Origin: Salinispira sp. | GTDB lineage: Bacteria > Spirochaetota > Spirochaetia > DSM-27196 > Salinispiraceae | NCBI GenBank assembly: GCA_965602015.1 | Contig: OZ271918.1 | Location: forward strand, 3,008,001 to 3,072,000 | Direction: 5' to 3' | DNA length: 64,000 nucleotides | Notes under the pieces: model-generated | Databases searched by the model: none | The model's input: only the letters and a program-made list of their open reading frames with translations | What the model was told of the DNA's origin: nothing | Shown: piece by piece, positions 17,458 through 25,988 of the stretch | Layout of the letters: each line of letters opens with the position of its first letter | Numbering within the stretch: position 1 is the first letter of the stretch | Made by a program: the position numbers and the translations under genes

Positions 17458-19242
17458 TTATTTCACCATTACCGCGTCGAACTTACAGGCTTTGTCGCAT
17501 TCGCCGCACTTGATACACGCGTCCTGGTCGATGGTATAGGGTTTACGCTTCTCTCCGGTGATACAGGGTACCGGGCACTTGCGGGCGCAGAGTCCGCATC
17601 CGATACATTTTTCGGGATCGATTTCGTACTTCACCAGGTCCTTGCAGACGCCAGCCGGACAGGTCAGCTGCTCGATGTGGGCCATATACTCGTCCCAGAA
17701 ATAGTTCATCGATGACAGCACGGGATTCGGTGCGGTCTGACCGAGGCCGCAGAGGCTCGCCCGCTGCATGGCCTTGCCGATATCCTTGATGCTTTCCAGT
17801 TCCTCGATGCTCGATTTGCCCATGGTCACCCGGTCGAGAATATTGTAGAGCTTGCGTCCCCCGATGCGGCAGGGAGCGCATTTTCCGCAGGATTCTTCCA
17901 CGGTAAAGCCCAGGTAGAACTTGGCGACGTCTACGATACAGTCGTCTTCGTCCATAACAATCATACCGCCGGATCCCATAATCGAGCCCAGCTCAGCAAG
18001 ATGCTCATAGTCTATGGGTACGTCGATGTAATCCGCGGTAATAACACCGCCGGAGGGTCCGCCGGTCTGGACGGCCTTAAACTTGCGGCCGTTGGGAATT
18101 CCGCCGCCGATGTTGTACACGATGTCCCGAAGTGGGGTTCCCATGGGAACTTCAACCAGTCCGGAGTTCGAAATCTTCCCGGTCAAGGCGAACACCTTGG
18201 TTCCCGTGGACTTTTCGGTTCCGATGCCGGCGAACCAATCGCCGCCCCGGTTGATAATCACCGGAATATTTGCCCAGGTCTCGACGTTATTGATGACAGT
18301 CGGCTTGCCCCAAAGTCCTTTGACCGCAGGGAAGGGAGGGCGGGGAACCGGCATGCCCCGGTTTCCTTCGATAGAGGCCAACAGGGCGGTTTCCTCGCCG
18401 CACACGAAGGCACCGGCGCCGAGACGGACTTCGATGTCGAAAGAAAAATCCGTTCCGAGAATGTTGTCTCCCAGGAGACCCATTTCCCGGGCCTGCTTGA
18501 TGGCGATGTTCAGCCTGTCGATCGCCAAAGGATACTCGGCCCGAATGTAGATAAATCCCTTGTCCGCACCGACGGTGTATCCCGCAATTGCCATGGCTTC
18601 GAGAACCGTATGAGGGTCGCCTTCAAGGACCGAGCGGTCCATGTATGCACCGGGGTCTCCCTCGTCGGCGTTACAGACGATGTATTTCTGATCTGCTTCG
18701 ACGTTTTTGGTGAATCCCCATTTACGCCAGGTGGGAAAACCCGCGCCGCCGCGACCCCGGATTTTGGATTTTTCCAGTTCGCCGATAACTTCGTCGGGGC
18801 TCATTGAGCTGAGGACCTTGTCCAGCGCGGCGTAGCCGTCCCGGGCAATGTACTCTTCGATGTTTTCAGGATTGATAAATCCGCAGTTTCTCAGAACAAT
18901 GCGCACCTGCTTCTGGTAAAAGGAAATATTGTCGATTCCCTGGGTGGTGCTGCCCTCTTCCTTGTACAGAAGACGCTTCACCTGCCGGCCTTTGACGACG
19001 TGCTCTTCGATGATTTCCTTCGCATCATCGGGCTTCACTTCGACATAGAAGCTCTCATCGGGAAGAACCTTGCAGATGGGGCCCTTTTCGCAGAATCCGA
19101 AACAGCCGGTTTTGACAATCTGAACGTCGGAATCAACGCTGTTTTCCTCGGCGCTCTTTTTCAAGTTTCGGTAGATATCGTCGGCCTTGCTGGACTCACA
19201 GCCCGTACCGCCGCATACCAGTATGTATTGGTTATATGCCAT
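17458..19242 (-). CDS. hydB: NuoF-like NADH/FMN diaphorase subunit (HydB/HndC)
   Basis: RGRGGAGFPT, NADEGDPGAYMDRS, GAFVCGEETAL, GGPSGG, ESCGKCAPCRIG, C-terminal 2x4Fe-4S. Confidence 0.96.
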   Translation of the reverse strand: MAYNQYILVCGGTGCESSKADDIYRNLKKSAEENSVDSDVQIVKTGCFGFCEKGPICKVLPDESFYVEVKPDDAKEIIEEHVVKGRQVKRLLYKEEGSTTQGIDNISFYQKQVRIVLRNCGFINPENIEEYIARDGYAALDKVLSSMSPDEVIGELEKSKIRGRGGAGFPTWRKWGFTKNVEADQKYIVCNADEGDPGAYMDRSVLEGDPHTVLEAMAIAGYTVGADKGFIYIRAEYPLAIDRLNIAIKQAREMGLLGDNILGTDFSFDIEVRLGAGAFVCGEETALLASIEGNRGMPVPRPPFPAVKGLWGKPTVINNVETWANIPVIINRGGDWFAGIGTEKSTGTKVFALTGKISNSGLVEVPMGTPLRDIVYNIGGGIPNGRKFKAVQTGGPSGGVITADYIDVPIDYEHLAELGSIMGSGGMIVMDEDDCIVDVAKFYLGFTVEESCGKCAPCRIGGRKLYNILDRVTMGKSSIEELESIKDIGKAMQRASLCGLGQTAPNPVLSSMNYFWDEYMAHIEQLTCPAGVCKDLVKYEIDPEKCIGCGLCARKCPVPCITGEKRKPYTIDQDACIKCGECDKACKFDAVMVK

Positions 19243-19256
19243 GCCTTCCTCCAGGG

Positions 19257-19649
19257 CTACTCGGACATCAGGTCCGCTGCCGGCCGATCAAAAACGTGCT
19301 CGTTTACCAGTTGCTTCTCAAGAATGTGCTTTTCCACGATCTGCCGGGCAACCTTGGCGTCTACCCGACCGTAAATCGTGTCGGGCATGCCGGTCATTTT
19401 TACCTCGACAACCGGTTCGGCATGGTCCAAACCGAGGCTTCCGGCCTGCCGAAGTGCGACGTTGCTCAGACCGTACTTATTGAGTTCCTCGGTAAACGCC
19501 TTGAGGGCGTCTTTGGCTCCTGCGGCTATGCCGCTGGTTCCCATGCCGACGATAATCTGGACGGTTTTGTTGCTCGTGTCCCGCATATCCATGTCTTGCT
19601 TCTTTTCGTTTCGAAGTTTGCGTAAGTCTTCAAGGGTCAGTTTCGCCAC
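19257..19649 (-). CDS. hndB: Thioredoxin-fold ferredoxin-like subunit (HndB/HydD), cysteine-free
   Basis: IIVGMGTSGIAAGA...GSLGLDHAEPVVEV...YGRVD...IVEKHI, and its position in the operon. Confidence 0.85.
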   Translation of the reverse strand: MAKLTLEDLRKLRNEKKQDMDMRDTSNKTVQIIVGMGTSGIAAGAKDALKAFTEELNKYGLSNVALRQAGSLGLDHAEPVVEVKMTGMPDTIYGRVDAKVARQIVEKHILEKQLVNEHVFDRPAADLMSE

Positions 19650-20193
19650 GGAAATCCTCCTGTGATTCCAGATATTGCGTCAGGAGCCCGAGGGCTTGGG
19701 GATCTTCCAGGCCGCCCAGAGCTTCAAGAAGCTCCGAGCGGGTGATCCGGTACTCTTCACCTGCCCGGCTCCGCTGCAATTCAAGTTCAAAGTCACCGGG
19801 GTAGCTGAACAGGCTCATGAGCGCTCCAGCCAAATCCCCGATCGGCGGGGTGTCGACGTGGTCGACGTTGAACCGGCATGTAAGCCGGGTTCCCCTGCCC
19901 TGCTCGGATTCCAGGCGGAAGCTTCCGCCGGTATCCTCTAGCAGTTGTTTCATAAAGGCGAGTCCCAGACCCACCTTTCTTCCGGGATGTTTTTTACCGT
20001 CGGTATAAAAGGGATCGACCACGCGTCGGAGAGTTTCCTCATCCATCCCGCATCCGTTATCCCCTACCTCCAGGAAAAACTCCCGGGTGCCCCCGTCGAT
20101 GGTCTCATTCAGCGAAAGCGCAATGTGTGTCGAGCCCGCCTCAATGGCGTTCTGCACGGCATCCATTACATAGTCGCTGAGCGAAAAATGCAT
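19630..20193 (-). CDS. Stand-alone GHKL/HATPase_c ATP-binding protein
   Basis: N box QNAIEA, G1 DNGCGM, DPFYT, G2 GLGL, GRGT; no H-box. Confidence 0.85.
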   Translation of the reverse strand: MHFSLSDYVMDAVQNAIEAGSTHIALSLNETIDGGTREFFLEVGDNGCGMDEETLRRVVDPFYTDGKKHPGRKVGLGLAFMKQLLEDTGGSFRLESEQGRGTRLTCRFNVDHVDTPPIGDLAGALMSLFSYPGDFELELQRSRAGEEYRITRSELLEALGGLEDPQALGLLTQYLESQEDFRGETDP

Positions 20194-20207
20194 CGTCGGG
20201 CGGCCGT

Positions 20208-20690
20208 TTAACTGTTGCGGTGTTTGGCTATGATATCCGCCAATTGGTCCGTTTTGACCTTGCCGTACACCTCGTTATTCACCGTGACCACCGGGGCGAG
20301 ACCGCAGCAGCCGACACAGCGAACCGCCTCGATGGAAAACTCGCCGTCATCCGTACTGGTGTTGATCCCGGTTCCGAGCAGGTTTTCGAACTCCTGGATG
20401 AGGTCCTTGCCGCCCTTGAGGTAACAGGCGGTTCCCATACATACGGAGATGATGTTGCGCCCGGGTTTCTCCAGTTTGAAATAGTGGTAAAAGGTGATGA
20501 CCCCGTAGATCTTTGCAAGGGGCACATCGATATCCTTCGCGAGATCCTTCGCGATCTTACGCGGAATATATCCGTATTCCTGTTGGGTTCTGTGGAGAAT
20601 CATGATGAGATTTCCGGGTTTGTCTTTCCATTCTTCGACAAACTCGCGGAGTGCTGGCGTGATCTCCAGGGTTTCAGCGCTGGTGGGCAT
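20208..20690 (-). CDS. hydC: NuoE-like 2Fe-2S subunit (HydC/HndA)
   Basis: CMGTACYLKG...RCVGCCGLAP; AGGAGG precedes ATG 20690. Confidence 0.95.
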   Translation of the reverse strand: MPTSAETLEITPALREFVEEWKDKPGNLIMILHRTQQEYGYIPRKIAKDLAKDIDVPLAKIYGVITFYHYFKLEKPGRNIISVCMGTACYLKGGKDLIQEFENLLGTGINTSTDDGEFSIEAVRCVGCCGLAPVVTVNNEVYGKVKTDQLADIIAKHRNS

Positions 20691-20914
20691 GGAACCTCCT
20701 TTGTCTTCGCACCGGTGTTGTGGTAGTAAACCGGATCCGTCCGTTGAATTATTCCGCAAAAACTGATGCCGAAGGGGATCCGCTAAGACGGCGTGGTACG
20801 CGCGCGCCCGGCTGGTACAGGATACGACCCTGGTCGGCATCAGAGAGGCAGACCCACCGGCTCCGGGGAGCCGGTGATTGCGGGAATCTGCCTTTCGCAG
20901 TCTCTGGTCGGATT

Positions 20915-20943
20915 ATTCTAATACCCCCCCGGTTATTGTGCAA
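20915..20943 (-). promoter_or_regulatory. sigma70 promoter of the hydrogenase operon
   Basis: TTGCAC-N17-TAGAAT; the spacer contains G7. Confidence 0.7.
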
Positions 20944-20953
20944 GTTCTGTAAA
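20936..20953. promoter_or_regulatory. Possible Rex operator overlapping the hydrogenase -35
   Basis: TTGTGCAAGTTCTGTAAA; one good half-site against TTGTGAA-N4-TTCACAA. Confidence 0.4.
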
Positions 20954-21036
20954 TATTAAAATTATGATTTTATTTAAAATAAGGGTGTATATTATTTGAT
21001 GGGAACCTCACATCTATGTATAATAAATCAATATTG

Positions 21037-21054
21037 TTGTGAAAAATATTACAT
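21037..21054. promoter_or_regulatory. Probable Rex operator upstream of rex (autoregulation)
   Basis: TTGTGAA-aaat-ATTACAT against the Rex consensus TTGTGAA-N4-TTCACAA. Confidence 0.6.
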
Positions 21055-21070
21055 TATAGAGCGGGTATGT

Positions 21071-21742
21071 ATGACAGATAAATTGAGCAAGGGAATGATC
21101 CTCAGGATGGTCAAATACCTCAGGGTTCTGCGCAAATTGAAAACTCTGGGAATCGTCAACGTCTTTTCGAATAATCTCGGGGACGCCCTCGGCGTCACTC
21201 CTGCGGTCGTGAGGAAGGATTTTTCCCAGATAAACATTACGGGTAACAAGCGCGGCGGCTACAATATCGACGATTTAATGATGAGCCTTGAAGAGCAGTT
21301 GGGCCGCCGGGAAAGCAAGGAAGTGATAATCGTTGGCTGCGGCCGTATCGGTCAGGCGCTTATGGCGTATAAGGAATTTCCCAAGGAAGGTATCAACATA
21401 GTCGCCGGTTTCGACAGCAACGAAGCAAAAATCGATAGGGAAGCTTCCACTCCTATTTTGCCCGTCGCGGAAATGGAAGCGTATATAAGAGACAATTCAG
21501 TCGATGTGGCCATAATCGCCGTCCCGGAGACCGTGGCCAACGACGTGTTTGAGCAGATGCTGGAGGCAGGCATCCGGGGAGTTCTCAACTTCACTCCGGT
21601 GGAGCTCAAATGCCACGGAAGATGCGACAGGGCAAATTGTCCGAAAAACTGCACGGTTCACACGGTGAACATCGGGCTGGAACTGGAGAATTTATTCTAT
21701 CTCATTAACATCCATGAAATGGAAGTGATGCAGGCCGGCTAA
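21071..21742 (+). CDS. rex: Redox-sensing transcriptional repressor Rex with Cys-rich insertion
   Basis: wHTH VVRKDFS...GNKRGGY, Rossmann IVGCGRIGQAL, AGFD, IIAVP, GVLNFTP. Confidence 0.93.
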   Translation: MTDKLSKGMILRMVKYLRVLRKLKTLGIVNVFSNNLGDALGVTPAVVRKDFSQINITGNKRGGYNIDDLMMSLEEQLGRRESKEVIIVGCGRIGQALMAYKEFPKEGINIVAGFDSNEAKIDREASTPILPVAEMEAYIRDNSVDVAIIAVPETVANDVFEQMLEAGIRGVLNFTPVELKCHGRCDRANCPKNCTVHTVNIGLELENLFYLINIHEMEVMQAG

Positions 21743-22095
21743 TGACCTACGAAAAACTGATAGACCTGCTCAAGGCCGAAACCCATACCCGTTGCAAGAC
21801 CTTTAATGACGCAAATATTACCAACTTCGTCGCCTCGGACTTGATGAGCGACGTGCTGACCGTCGACGACGAAAATTTCCTGCTCATCACGAGCTTGAGC
21901 TCCGAACAGGTTGCCCGCACCGCGGATATCGTCGGAGCCCGGGGAATACTGCTGGTTAACGGAAAAACTCCTCAGCCGCGACTGATAGAACTCTGCGGGG
22001 AATTCAACATAAGTCTGCTGACAACTCCCATGAGAATGTTCACCAGCTGTCACAAACTCGCCAGCGAGCTGGAAAGCGAAGGTATTTCCCTGTGA
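21742..22095 (+). CDS. DRTGG-domain protein
   Basis: ASDLMSDVL...LLITSL...RTADIV...LVNGK; the family found beside [FeFe]-hydrogenases. Confidence 0.8.
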   Translation: MTYEKLIDLLKAETHTRCKTFNDANITNFVASDLMSDVLTVDDENFLLITSLSSEQVARTADIVGARGILLVNGKTPQPRLIELCGEFNISLLTTPMRMFTSCHKLASELESEGISL

Positions 22096-23183
22096 AATCC
22101 TTTCCCCTGGACACGGAGAACAGCCCTTCATACATCCTGGAAATGCTGTTCGATTTAAAGGTCCGGGACGTAATGCACAAGGAGCTCATAACCGCCGAGC
22201 GGGACGATCCTCTGCAAAAAATCCAGGCGATTATGCGGGAAAATCGAATAAGCGGCGTGCCCATCATCGATAAACGCCGGCTCATCGGGCTGGTCAGTAT
22301 GGATGATATCATACAAGCCCTGGCTGATGGGAAAATCGAGGAAGGCGCGGAGACCCGCATGACCCGCAACCTCATCGTTCTTGAAGATGATATGCCCCTG
22401 TCATTTGCTATTTCCTACATGGAAAAATACCGTTTCGGCCGGTTTCCCGTTATCAACCGCAACCGCGAACTGGTTGGCATCATCACCAGCCGCGACATTA
22501 TCGTCCACCTTCTCATAAACATGAACCGAGAGATGGAACAGATAGAAGAGCGTCAACGCATCCTCTCGGGGAATCCGGAACTGCGCTTCAGCCTTCCCAC
22601 CACCAGCACCGGCTCGGCCAATGCAGATCAAGACGAGCTCTCCCCCGTCGGGGCCGGAGACAACGAACAGCCCGGATGCAGCGACCTCAACCCGGATGAC
22701 GGTATTAAAACCGAGCCGTCGAGCAAAGCAGCAGCCATACCCGATCTAAGCATGCAGTGGCATACGAGAAAGTTCGATTTCGAAGAAGCGGGAAAGGCCA
22801 GCACGGAAATCAAGAAAACTCTGCGGGAACACCGACCGGACCTTCCGGCCAAACTGGTGCGGCGCATCGCCATCGCCAGCTATGAACTGGAAATGAACCA
22901 GGTCGTGCATTCCGAGGGCGGGAAGATCTGCTTCCTGCTTGAAAAGCATCAGGCGAAAATCATCGCCGAGGACCGGGGACCGGGGATAGACGATATCGAG
23001 GCCGCGCTTACCGAGGGCTGGTCCACCGCCACCGAATGGGTTCGAAGTCTGGGCTTCGGAGCCGGAATGGGTTTGCCCAATACCCGACGGGTGGCAGACG
23101 ACTTCGCCATTGAATCCGGACCGGACGGTACCACCGTGGAGGTGGGCTTTTCCCTTCCGGTTCAGGAAGAGGCAGTACGATAA
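22092..23183 (+). CDS. CBS-pair plus RsbT/anti-sigma-type HATPase Ser/Thr kinase fusion
   Basis: CBS motifs VRDVM, ISGVPII, FGRFPVI...GIITSRDI; kinase YELEMNQVVH, DRGPGI, GWSTA, GFGAGMGLPN. Confidence 0.88.
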   Translation: MKSFPLDTENSPSYILEMLFDLKVRDVMHKELITAERDDPLQKIQAIMRENRISGVPIIDKRRLIGLVSMDDIIQALADGKIEEGAETRMTRNLIVLEDDMPLSFAISYMEKYRFGRFPVINRNRELVGIITSRDIIVHLLINMNREMEQIEERQRILSGNPELRFSLPTTSTGSANADQDELSPVGAGDNEQPGCSDLNPDDGIKTEPSSKAAAIPDLSMQWHTRKFDFEEAGKASTEIKKTLREHRPDLPAKLVRRIAIASYELEMNQVVHSEGGKICFLLEKHQAKIIAEDRGPGIDDIEAALTEGWSTATEWVRSLGFGAGMGLPNTRRVADDFAIESGPDGTTVEVGFSLPVQEEAVR

Positions 23184-23239
23184 ACATCCGGATCAGCTCA
23201 GCTGATGCGGTAGAGCAGCACAGTACCGGGAGGCAAGAC

Positions 23240-23593
23240 ATGAAGGAAATAGTACTTACGGACGTGGTAAAACTCTGCGGCGCCAGAATATTGCAGGAAA
23301 AATCAGGCGCGGAAAGCATAAACGGCGCCTATTCCTCCGACCTGCTGAGCGACGTGATGGCAAATGCGGAAGAAGGCCAGGCGCTAATCACCATTCAGGC
23401 GCACAAAAACACCATCGCGGTTGCCAGCCTGTTCGGCGCACCGTGCATCATAATCTGCAATGACCGGCCGGTGCCCGAAGACATGATTGCCGCCGCTGCA
23501 GAGGAAGAAATCGCGATTTTCGTCAGCCCCATGAGCCAGTTCGAAGTTTCCGGAAAACTCTACCAGGGACTCTTCGGCTCGGAATCAGCTTGA
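23240..23593 (+). CDS. DRTGG-domain protein (second copy)
   Basis: AYSSDLLSDVMAN...ITIQAHKNTIAVA. Confidence 0.8.
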   Translation: MKEIVLTDVVKLCGARILQEKSGAESINGAYSSDLLSDVMANAEEGQALITIQAHKNTIAVASLFGAPCIIICNDRPVPEDMIAAAAEEEIAIFVSPMSQFEVSGKLYQGLFGSESA

Positions 23594-24294
23594 CCGTCCA
23601 TTGCGATCTGCACATTCATTCCTGCCTGAGCCCCTGCGGCAGCCTGTTCAGCTCGCCCTCGGCAATCGCACGCCGCGCCGCGGAAATCGGTCTCCAGCTC
23701 ATTGCCCTTACGGATCACAACAGCAGTCTGAACTGCCCGACCTTTCTCGATGCCTGTCGGCGGGAAGGAATAGCGGCAATGTGCGGAATGGAAGCCACGT
23801 CGGCGGAAGAAGCCCACTGCCTTTGTCTGTTCGAAGATCTGGAAAGCTCCCTGGAATTCAGCAAATTCATTGAGGCGCATCAACAGGTAATTCCCCTCAA
23901 GCCCGAGCGGATGGGCGACCAGGTGATTGTAGATCTTGATGAAAACATCCTGGGAACCGTTGACCGTCTTCTCATCAGCGCGACGGATTTGAGCATTGAC
24001 CGTTTGGCTGCCGAGGTTCACGCCAGGGAAGGTCTGTTTATCCCCGCCCACGTTGACCGTGCCGCCTTCAGCCTTACCAGTCAATTGGGCTTTATTCCCC
24101 AGGGAGATTTCGACGCCCTGGAATGGTATCACAGAGATAATCCGGAAAAGGCCCGATACGCCGCCTACCCTGCAGTCACCAACTCCGATGCCCATTATCC
24201 GGAGGATATAGGAAGGCGCAGCTTTACTTTTACCGGAGAGAGGGCAGATTTCGCGGGTCTAAAATCTTGGCTGCAAAGGCAGCGGCAGGATTAA
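23590..24294 (+). CDS. PHP-domain metallophosphoesterase
   Basis: DLHIHSCLSPC, ALTDHN, GME...EEAH, PAHVDR, NSDAH. Confidence 0.9.
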   Translation: MTVHCDLHIHSCLSPCGSLFSSPSAIARRAAEIGLQLIALTDHNSSLNCPTFLDACRREGIAAMCGMEATSAEEAHCLCLFEDLESSLEFSKFIEAHQQVIPLKPERMGDQVIVDLDENILGTVDRLLISATDLSIDRLAAEVHAREGLFIPAHVDRAAFSLTSQLGFIPQGDFDALEWYHRDNPEKARYAAYPAVTNSDAHYPEDIGRRSFTFTGERADFAGLKSWLQRQRQD

Positions 24295-25988
24295 TCAGGG
24301 GACATCCTGGGAAAGCGTAACGTCATTCTGTTCCAGTCTCCTCTGGCATAGCCCAATTTGCCCCCCAATTGCTGCGCGGTGGAGAGAAGAAGGGATATTC
24401 CAAGAGATTGTCCTTCATTTTCTTCGAGAACCGAAGGATCCATTCCCACTCCGTTATCCGAATACGAGAAGTCTATCATTTCATCAGTGAGTAACAGACC
24501 AATCCGGATCCGCCGCTCCCCATCAAAGCCCGGGGGAAATGCGTGCTTAATACTGTTGGTTACCAACTCGTTGATGATAATGCCCAGGGGCAGCACCTGG
24601 TCAATATGCATGACAATGTTCCCGGAATCCAGGTCCAGATGGACCGAAGCGGCGTCTGTCTGACTTTTGAGAACCTCTACAAGGTCAATGAGATAATCCC
24701 TGATGTTCATCGCCAGAATTTCCCGATGCCTGTATAACTGGGTGTGTATGAGAGCGATTGCCTGTATGCGGTTCATGCTGCCCTGAATAATATCGTTCAG
24801 GAGGGGGGATTCGCTTTCGTGCATCTGCAATCCGAGAATGCTGTAGGCCATGGTTAAACTGTTGCGCACCCGGTGATGTATTTCCCGTACCAGGGACTTC
24901 TTTCGCTCGAGACTGTCCCGTAAATATCTGGCCTGCTGAAAAACCGTGGTGGTATCAATAATGGACACCAACACCCGGGAATAGCTCTTTTCCGCACCGG
25001 GCAGGGCACTCCAGTGGATAACGACATACTGCTTTTCGCCCTGGAGATTCCTGATTACCGTGCTTGTCATAAAAAACCGCTTTTTTCCCCGAATAGCCAG
25101 CATTTGCTGAATAACTGCGTGGGAGAATTCTTCGGTCGATGTTTCCTTCAGCCGGCTGAGCAGCTCGTCCTTGGACGAGGCCCCCGACAGCTGGACCGCC
25201 GCCCGGTTGAGCCCGAGGATTTTGATCATTTCAAAGAATTGCCAGACGTTCGGGAGCAATGAACCGATATTGCCCGTATGAACTTCTTCCGGATGGGTTT
25301 CCACATAGCGGGTAAGTTCCGAAAAGTCCTCTTCCCATAGGGGCACCGGTGCATACTCAAACAGATGATAGTAACGCCTCTCGTTCGTCTTTAACTGCTT
25401 GCGGAGAAGCAGGGAGTCGCTATTCATCTTCATCAGCCACGCGGCAAGTAATCCCCCAACGGGATAGAATAACGCTGCGGCAAGCATTTCCGCCAAAAAA
25501 TCGGGTAAAGGTTGTTCGCCGATTATGATTCCCGCGAACACGGCAATAAAAGTTAGGATCGAAACAATCGCAGACGCAATCCCCATTTCGACGACGATGG
25601 TCCAGCCCCGTACCGAAGCGCTGCGGCGGACGAGAACCATAATCGGCGTGCAGCTCAAAGCGAGGATTATTGCCGGCACAGCCCCGACTCCCCCCAGGGC
25701 GAGGCGAAAAACCCCCACTACCATGGCCGTAGCAAAACCGGACATGGGGTTCAGGTAACGGGCGCTCATGAGGATGATAAGGAAACCCAAATCAATACCC
25801 AGGTCGGGGAGTAAGGCCCAGGGATACATCATTCCAAGCAAAGCCGCTGAACAGAAGATAAACACATTGAGACTGTCATACAGCAGCCTTGAAAAGCGAT
25901 GCCTTCGTTCTTCCACGGCCCCGAATGCCAGCACAAGGAATGCAAGGACAGCCACATTCATTAGCAGGTCGTAGAGCAGGTTATGCAT
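24291..25988 (-). CDS. Membrane sensor histidine kinase (LytS-like TM region, PAS-like domain, HisKA_2, HATPase)
   Basis: EIHHRVRNSL H-box, NELVTNSIKHAF N-box, DNGVG G1, SLG G2. Confidence 0.9.
   Translation of the reverse strand: MHNLLYDLLMNVAVLAFLVLAFGAVEERRHRFSRLLYDSLNVFIFCSAALLGMMYPWALLPDLGIDLGFLIILMSARYLNPMSGFATAMVVGVFRLALGGVGAVPAIILALSCTPIMVLVRRSASVRGWTIVVEMGIASAIVSILTFIAVFAGIIIGEQPLPDFLAEMLAAALFYPVGGLLAAWLMKMNSDSLLLRKQLKTNERRYYHLFEYAPVPLWEEDFSELTRYVETHPEEVHTGNIGSLLPNVWQFFEMIKILGLNRAAVQLSGASSKDELLSRLKETSTEEFSHAVIQQMLAIRGKKRFFMTSTVIRNLQGEKQYVVIHWSALPGAEKSYSRVLVSIIDTTTVFQQARYLRDSLERKKSLVREIHHRVRNSLTMAYSILGLQMHESESPLLNDIIQGSMNRIQAIALIHTQLYRHREILAMNIRDYLIDLVEVLKSQTDAASVHLDLDSGNIVMHIDQVLPLGIIINELVTNSIKHAFPPGFDGERRIRIGLLLTDEMIDFSYSDNGVGMDPSVLEENEGQSLGISLLLSTAQQLGGKLGYARGDWNRMTLRFPRMSPD

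Noticed and set aside
20691..20840. N-terminal extension of hydC given by the track (210 aa)
   Set aside because: A strong AGGAGG precedes ATG 20690; the extension covers the structured leader.
20846..20905. GAAA-loop hairpin in the hydrogenase leader as a c-di-GMP-I riboswitch
   Set aside because: It lacks the GGCAAA and GACGCAAAG conserved elements; kept only as an unknown structured leader.
23188..23208. Palindrome ATCAGCT-C-AGCTGAT between the kinase and the second DRTGG gene
   Set aside because: Short, no U-tract and a single occurrence; insufficient for a call.
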